DNA from: Chitinophagaceae bacterium
Lineage (GTDB): Bacteria > Bacteroidota > Bacteroidia > Chitinophagales > Chitinophagaceae
Reading direction: 5' to 3'
DNA: 64,000 nt
Assembly: GCA_046329585.1 (NCBI GenBank)
Contig: JAXLUI010000001.1
Location: forward strand, 168,846-232,845
The notes beneath the pieces are model-generated. The model made no database searches and was not told the origin of the DNA. It saw only the letters and a list, made by a program, of their open reading frames with translations. Position numbers and translations under genes: made by a program. How positions within the stretch are numbered: position 1 is the stretch's first letter; every line of letters starts with the position of its first letter. Of this stretch, positions 59,274 to 64,000 are shown in pieces.

Positions 59274-60561
59274 ATTCCTGTTGTTTGTGGTCATCATTCA
59301 CCTGGTTGCACTGGTGTTATCTTTTTTTATTTTCAGCAACAACAAGATCCTGTTCATCGCCTCGGAAATACTCATCATTATATCAGTGTTTATCTGCTGG
59401 CAACTATACCAGGAACTATTGCGGCCGATCAACATGCTGATGCAGGGTACCGAAGCAATCAAAGACCGCGATTTTAATGTAAAGTTTGTAGAGACTGGCA
59501 AATACGAAGTTGACCAATTAATAAAAGTATACAACGAAATGATTGACGGGCTTCGAACAGAACGCACGAAGCAGGAGCAACAGCACTTCTTTTTAGAAAA
59601 ACTGATTCATACTTCCCCAACGGGCATCATGATCCTCGATTATGACAACAATATTCAGCAGGTAAACCCGAAAGTAGAAGAACTGCTTGGCCTTGGCGAA
59701 ACCACACTAAAGGGCAAAGCAATTGATTCAATCGGCCACCCTTTGATGCAATATATACCTGCGCTCCAATCGGGCGACTCCAAAACAGTTACCATCAACG
59801 GGGTAAACACGTATAAACTGCAGAAATCGCATTTTATAGATCGGGGTTTCCCTCGGCATTTTATTATGATGGAAGAACTCACCGCAGAAATTCTTGCAGC
59901 AGAAAAAAAAGCCTATGGCAAGGTAATCCGAATGATGGCGCACGAAGTCAACAATACCATCGGCCCGGTCAACTCCATTTTGCAGACCACCATAAAAAAC
60001 CAGTCGCTCTGGCAAAATACCGGGTTGGAAACATTGCAGGATGCTTTAAAAATAGCCATGGAACGCAACCATAACCTCAACAGTTTCATGCGCAATTTCG
60101 CAGACGTGGTAAGGCTTCCCGCTCCGGCAAGGAAAAATGTTGATCTTGTCAGGTTGCTGCGGTCAACGGTGACGCTGATGAAACTCAGGGCCGGTGAAAA
60201 ACAAATTGACTTTGAATTTGATTTTAAAACGGAATCCTTTTTTATCCATGCCGATGAACAGCAGTTGGAACAGGCATTGATCAATATCGTAAAAAATGCC
60301 ATGGAAGCCATAGATGCTGCCGGTAAGATCAGCTTTGCGCTAAATACACACACGAGGGAACTGGTGATCAGCGATAACGGCAAAGGCATCAGCGACGAAG
60401 CATATACGCAGTTATTCAGCCCTTTTTTCAGCAGCAAAAAAGATGGGCAGGGAATCGGCCTCACCGTGATCCGGGAAATCCTGATCAGCCACGGTTATGA
60501 TTTTGCCTTAAAGACCAATGCCGACGGTATCACAGCATTCTGGATTCATTTACTCACTTAA
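59257..60561 (+). CDS. Sensor histidine kinase
   Basis: Two N-terminal TM segments, HAMP-like linker, PAS-like region, H-box MAHEVNNTIGPV, and G-box GQGIGLTVIREI. The start overlaps the regulator gene by 17 nt. Confidence 0.8.
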   Translation: MKLRNKFLLFVVIIHLVALVLSFFIFSNNKILFIASEILIIISVFICWQLYQELLRPINMLMQGTEAIKDRDFNVKFVETGKYEVDQLIKVYNEMIDGLRTERTKQEQQHFFLEKLIHTSPTGIMILDYDNNIQQVNPKVEELLGLGETTLKGKAIDSIGHPLMQYIPALQSGDSKTVTINGVNTYKLQKSHFIDRGFPRHFIMMEELTAEILAAEKKAYGKVIRMMAHEVNNTIGPVNSILQTTIKNQSLWQNTGLETLQDALKIAMERNHNLNSFMRNFADVVRLPAPARKNVDLVRLLRSTVTLMKLRAGEKQIDFEFDFKTESFFIHADEQQLEQALINIVKNAMEAIDAAGKISFALNTHTRELVISDNGKGISDEAYTQLFSPFFSSKKDGQGIGLTVIREILISHGYDFALKTNADGITAFWIHLLT

Positions 60562-60606
60562 TATTTTTAATATTTTGGGCCCGGCTTTAGCACTGACAGC
60601 ATCTTC

Positions 60607-60626
60607 GTTGCGTCGCACACTGCTGC
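60607..60626 (+). repeat. Family-1 repeat (forward, 3'-diverged)
   Basis: gttgcgtcgcacactgctgc. Confidence 0.7.
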
Positions 60627-60945
60627 GCCTGTAACTTCTTTCGACAGGAGTAATTTAATAGGCTATCTATGGCCTCTGGCATACCCGCCATGTCGTGGCT
60701 ATTCTTCCAACCAAAAGCTCTTATAGTTATAAAGCCTGGTTATTATAGTTTACAGTTCTTGCTGCAACATTTCCGAACCAACGCCGCCTGGTCTGCCAGG
60801 TGAACGATCTAGATGAAAATAATCTCACGTACCTGGTGTTGGTTGACAAAGTTTTAGATGGTGATAGTCGTTTTTTACTCCTTAAGTCTACCCAAAAGTG
60901 TCGCGCCATTCATTTATTTCCTCGCATAAAAACCGGGTGTTCAGG

Positions 60946-60960
60946 TATGCGACGCAAACT
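60946..60960 (-). repeat. Partial family-1 repeat (reverse core only)
   Basis: gtatgcgacgcaaac. Confidence 0.4.
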
Positions 60961-61081
60961 GGTGATGGGAGAAAGTTTTGTTCGTTCACAAAAAATGATA
61001 CGGTCAATGGCTGCCGTGTAAATTTTCAGGAAATCATCTTCGCTGTATTCAACTTGCTAACTTTAAGCCTGATTATGACTG

Positions 61082-61501
61082 ATGAATACTAAAAATTATT
61101 TTGTAACCAGGTGTTTGGAACTAGCGAAACTAGCTGCGGAAAAAGGCAACAGCCCTGTAGGTGCGGTTATTGTAAAAGCTGGTACAATAATCAGTGAAGC
61201 CGAAGAAGCAGTCAAAACGAACAATGACATTACCTGTCATGCGGAGTTAGAAGCGATCAGGCAGGCAGTAAAATACCTGGCAACAAATGATCTGTCAAAT
61301 TGTACTCTGTATTCAACACATGAACCATGTGTGATGTGCTCTTATGCGATCCGGTTCTATAAAATCAGGGAAGTATTTTACCTGCACAAATCCCGATACT
61401 TAGGCGGTGTTTCATCTGCGATGCCGCTGTTAACAACGCCTCATGTTCCTCCTGGATGGAGTGACGCGCCGATAATCAATCATCCTGAGGCAAATGACTG
61501 A
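61082..61501 (+). CDS. Nucleoside/tRNA adenosine deaminase family (CMP/dCMP-type zinc deaminase)
   Basis: Zinc-binding motifs HAELEAI and STHEPCVMCSYAI. Confidence 0.7.
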   Translation: MNTKNYFVTRCLELAKLAAEKGNSPVGAVIVKAGTIISEAEEAVKTNNDITCHAELEAIRQAVKYLATNDLSNCTLYSTHEPCVMCSYAIRFYKIREVFYLHKSRYLGGVSSAMPLLTTPHVPPGWSDAPIINHPEAND

Positions 61502-61804
61502 ACCCAGGTATTCTGATTACGCTATCCTGCAAATCTTGTGTACCTTCTTACAAAACCTGCAGTAAGAAAACTAAATCCTCCGGCATCTTTATAAATGACA
61601 TATTACTCACGCTTTGCTGGCACGCTCAAACCACTTGGCTTACCACCGGGAACAGCAACATGATCCGGTGCCATGTCAAAAGTCAAACTCAAAAAAGCAA
61701 AAAACTTCAAACCTCAAAGATTATGGCTGGCATAAGTATGCCTCAGGTGCTGCATCCGCAAGCCGTTATGCTATCCGCTCCTTTGGCTGAATAGCGAACT
61801 GAAT

Positions 61805-61824
61805 GCAAAAGTGAGTGACACAAC
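61805..61824 (-). repeat. Family-2 repeat (variant 5' end)
   Basis: gcaaaagtgagtgacacaac followed by caaagccc. Confidence 0.75.
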
Positions 61825-61913
61825 CAAAGCCCGTTTTTTATTCAAAAGCCCGTTCACAAAAAAATATAAATGTTATAACAACACATATTATCTTTAGCAA
61901 TCACACTTGCTAT

Positions 61914-63047
61914 ATGAACCAAAATGCTGTTACTGCAACCCCTGCCCCTTCCCAACGATTGTATTCGCTCGACGCACTTCGCGGCTTTGATATGTTTTGG
62001 ATCATGGGCGCGGAAGAAATTGTGCACTCCATGTACAAAGCTGGTGGCTCTACCTCTTCTTTCTGGGGTGCATTCAGTAACCAGCTTACACACCCGGCAT
62101 GGAATGGCTTTCATGCATATGACCTCATTTTCCCGCTGTTTCTTTTTATGGCAGGCGTGGCTACCCCGTACTCAGTCGGCCGCGAACTGGAGAAGGGAAA
62201 GAGCAGGCAATCGCTGCTATGGCGCGTGATAAAACGAGGCCTCATACTCGTGCTGCTTGGCATTGTCGCCAATAATGGTTTAAAAATAATGCCCATCAGT
62301 GAAGTTCGTTTTCCAAGTGTGCTGGGGCGCATTGGTCTCGCTTACATGTTTGCCAACATCATTTATCTCTATACAAAAGAGCGTGCACAAATGATTTGGT
62401 TCTGGGCGCTCATTATCGGTTATTGGTTATTGCTGAAGTTTACTTCGGCACCGGGCTTCGCACCCGGCGATCTTACCATGGAAGGCAATTTTGCGTCTTA
62501 TGTCGACAGGTTGCTTGTTCCTGGCCATTTGTATCTCGGCATTCACGATCCCGAAGGATTGATGTCGACCATTCCCGCCATCAGCACAGGTTTGCTGGGT
62601 ATTCTTACCGGCAATTTATTAAAGCACAACCCCATGAGCCCCGTAAAAAAAGTGAGGTTGATGGCTATTGTTGGCATAGTGTTCCTGGCGCTGGCGCAAC
62701 TATGGAACCTCGATTTTCCCATCAATAAGAATTTATGGACGAGTTCATTTGTGTTAAATGTGGGAGGCTACAGTTTATTGCTGCTTTCGATTTTCTATTA
62801 TATCATCGATGTGCTGGGGTACAAAAAATGGTCGTTCTTCTTCCGCATCATTGGCATGAACTCCATTCTCATTTACCTGAGCGGCCATTTTATCGATTGG
62901 GAATACAGTACAAACGCGCTGCTGGGCTGGCTTGGACAATTGGTGGGTGAACCATATAACATGGTGGTAATGGCCATTTGTTATGTAATGGTTGAGTGGG
63001 GCTTTCTGTATTTCATGTATAAAAAGAAAGTCTTTCTCAGGGTATAG
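61914..63047 (+). CDS. Membrane acyltransferase-like protein (DUF5009 / HGSNAT-like)
   Basis: About 10 TM helices and an N-terminal LYSLDALRGFDMFWIMG. The start was trimmed to MNQNAV. The family is tentative. Confidence 0.5.
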   Translation: MNQNAVTATPAPSQRLYSLDALRGFDMFWIMGAEEIVHSMYKAGGSTSSFWGAFSNQLTHPAWNGFHAYDLIFPLFLFMAGVATPYSVGRELEKGKSRQSLLWRVIKRGLILVLLGIVANNGLKIMPISEVRFPSVLGRIGLAYMFANIIYLYTKERAQMIWFWALIIGYWLLLKFTSAPGFAPGDLTMEGNFASYVDRLLVPGHLYLGIHDPEGLMSTIPAISTGLLGILTGNLLKHNPMSPVKKVRLMAIVGIVFLALAQLWNLDFPINKNLWTSSFVLNVGGYSLLLLSIFYYIIDVLGYKKWSFFFRIIGMNSILIYLSGHFIDWEYSTNALLGWLGQLVGEPYNMVVMAICYVMVEWGFLYFMYKKKVFLRV

Positions 63048-63112
63048 TCTCTGTTTGCGGCATTGCTATATGTGCCAAAATTCCTTGTGCGATAGATCTG
63101 CCTTAGGAAGCG

Positions 63113-63850
63113 TCAGCGTTTGCGCAATTCATCTTTTGCAAGCCCTATCCAATACCGGTTACTTTTCAATTCTGTTTTGCCAAGCTGAGATTCTTCTTCT
63201 ACCATACTGCTGAAGAGTTCCCGTGCTTCTGCAGAACGGTCATGTCGCAAAAGAAAAAGCCCGTATTGATAGCGTGCTTCAAAATAGGAAAATCGTGCTT
63301 TCATCTTTTTGAACTCTTCTTCCGCCTGTGCCGGATTCCCGGTGAATTCCAGCGCAGTTGCATAGGCAATATGCGCTTTTGATCTCGCAAACTGTGGCCG
63401 CTGGTATACTTTTCGTGCAAGTGGTACAATCTGCCCGTAATCGTTTAGTGCTGAATAAGCTAAAATAAGCTGGTAAATAACGTATTCATTGTCGGTAAAA
63501 GTGCCGGTGAGACAGCTTTTGTACATATCGATTGCTTTGTCTGTATCCCCGTTGGAAAGGTACGCGTCGGCTAACGCCACCCTGTTGTTAAAAGTATCGC
63601 TGAATTTCAATTGCTGCTCCAGCTTTTTGATACTGCCGCCCGGGTTAATAATGGTGCTCACCCCGGTCTGAACCTGTTTTATATCGCTGTCGCGGAACAT
63701 TTCCATAAAAATATACGCAATACTGCCTATCAATGGCAGGAAAATGATCGCGACAATCCAGGTGGAGTTTTTGCCTTTGCGCAAACAATGAATAACGCAA
63801 ATCGCCTGTAACGCAAGAATTAGATAATAATAGCTACCGCCTGAAAACAT
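63113..63850 (-). CDS. Hypothetical membrane protein with two N-terminal TM helices and TPR-like repeats
   Basis: Hydrophobic N-terminus followed by helical repeat segments (ALADAYLSNGDTDKAIDMYK, ILAYSALNDYGQ). Confidence 0.5.
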   Translation of the reverse strand: MFSGGSYYYLILALQAICVIHCLRKGKNSTWIVAIIFLPLIGSIAYIFMEMFRDSDIKQVQTGVSTIINPGGSIKKLEQQLKFSDTFNNRVALADAYLSNGDTDKAIDMYKSCLTGTFTDNEYVIYQLILAYSALNDYGQIVPLARKVYQRPQFARSKAHIAYATALEFTGNPAQAEEEFKKMKARFSYFEARYQYGLFLLRHDRSAEARELFSSMVEEESQLGKTELKSNRYWIGLAKDELRKR

Positions 63851-64000
63851 ATACCCGGGTGAATTTGCTTTTAAGGCATCAAATGTAGAATTATCAGTAA
63901 AACAGAAAAGTTTTTATTTACCCCGGAACTGAAAAGGCCAGTACCGGTAACCTGGAAATTAATCAGCAGATTTAACAATCCGGCCACTAAACTTTCGTTC

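Noticed and set aside
61615-61640. TGGCACGCTCAAACCACTTGGC as a sigma54 promoter
   Set aside because: The -12 region lacks TTGC at the required spacing.
2713-61824. Possibility that the dispersed repeats are a CRISPR array
   Set aside because: Spacing between copies is irregular, from hundreds to thousands of bp. Copies occur in both orientations with genes in between, and no cas genes are present. This is not CRISPR.

Overview
This 64-kb window is a chromosomal segment that looks Bacteroidota, probably Chitinophagaceae-like, based on T9SS C-terminal sorting domains, a SusC-type CarbopepD+plug module, a TAnnTTTG-type promoter element and about 45% GC. That taxonomic call is an inference. The window is gene-dense, with about 45 CDS. 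There is a 5'-truncated type III PKS followed by a methyltransferase and a flavoprotein, an srsABC-like phenolic-lipid cassette. There are also an HtrA protease, a LuxC-like acyl-CoA reductase divergent from a ferredoxin, mutS, and a HAD phosphatase. Two tandem ~2,100-aa alpha-2-macroglobulin (A2M)-family paralogs follow; one has an internal SusC-like plug module and a CxEQ thioester, while the other lacks both. After them come an FAD oxidoreductase and an operon of two coiled-coil proteins, an OmpA-fused NitT/TauT-type binding protein, a permease and an ATPase. The rest includes an SPFH/flotillin-like protein, a GH43 hydrolase, a D-aminoacylase, an APC permease, a decayed T9SS cargo remnant beside a T9SS esterase, XdhC, a thioesterase, a methyltransferase, TspO, a YccS-like protein, a MacAB-TolC-type efflux operon with a sigma54-type two-component pair, a deaminase, an acyltransferase and a TPR membrane protein. 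The most striking non-coding signal is a pervasive ~20-nt intergenic repeat, with consensus GTTGCGTCGCACACTTGTAC and the sister variant GTACAAGTGAGTGACACAAC. It has at least 25 copies, often as inverted pairs 100-200 bp apart. No rRNA, tRNA or CRISPR was recognised.
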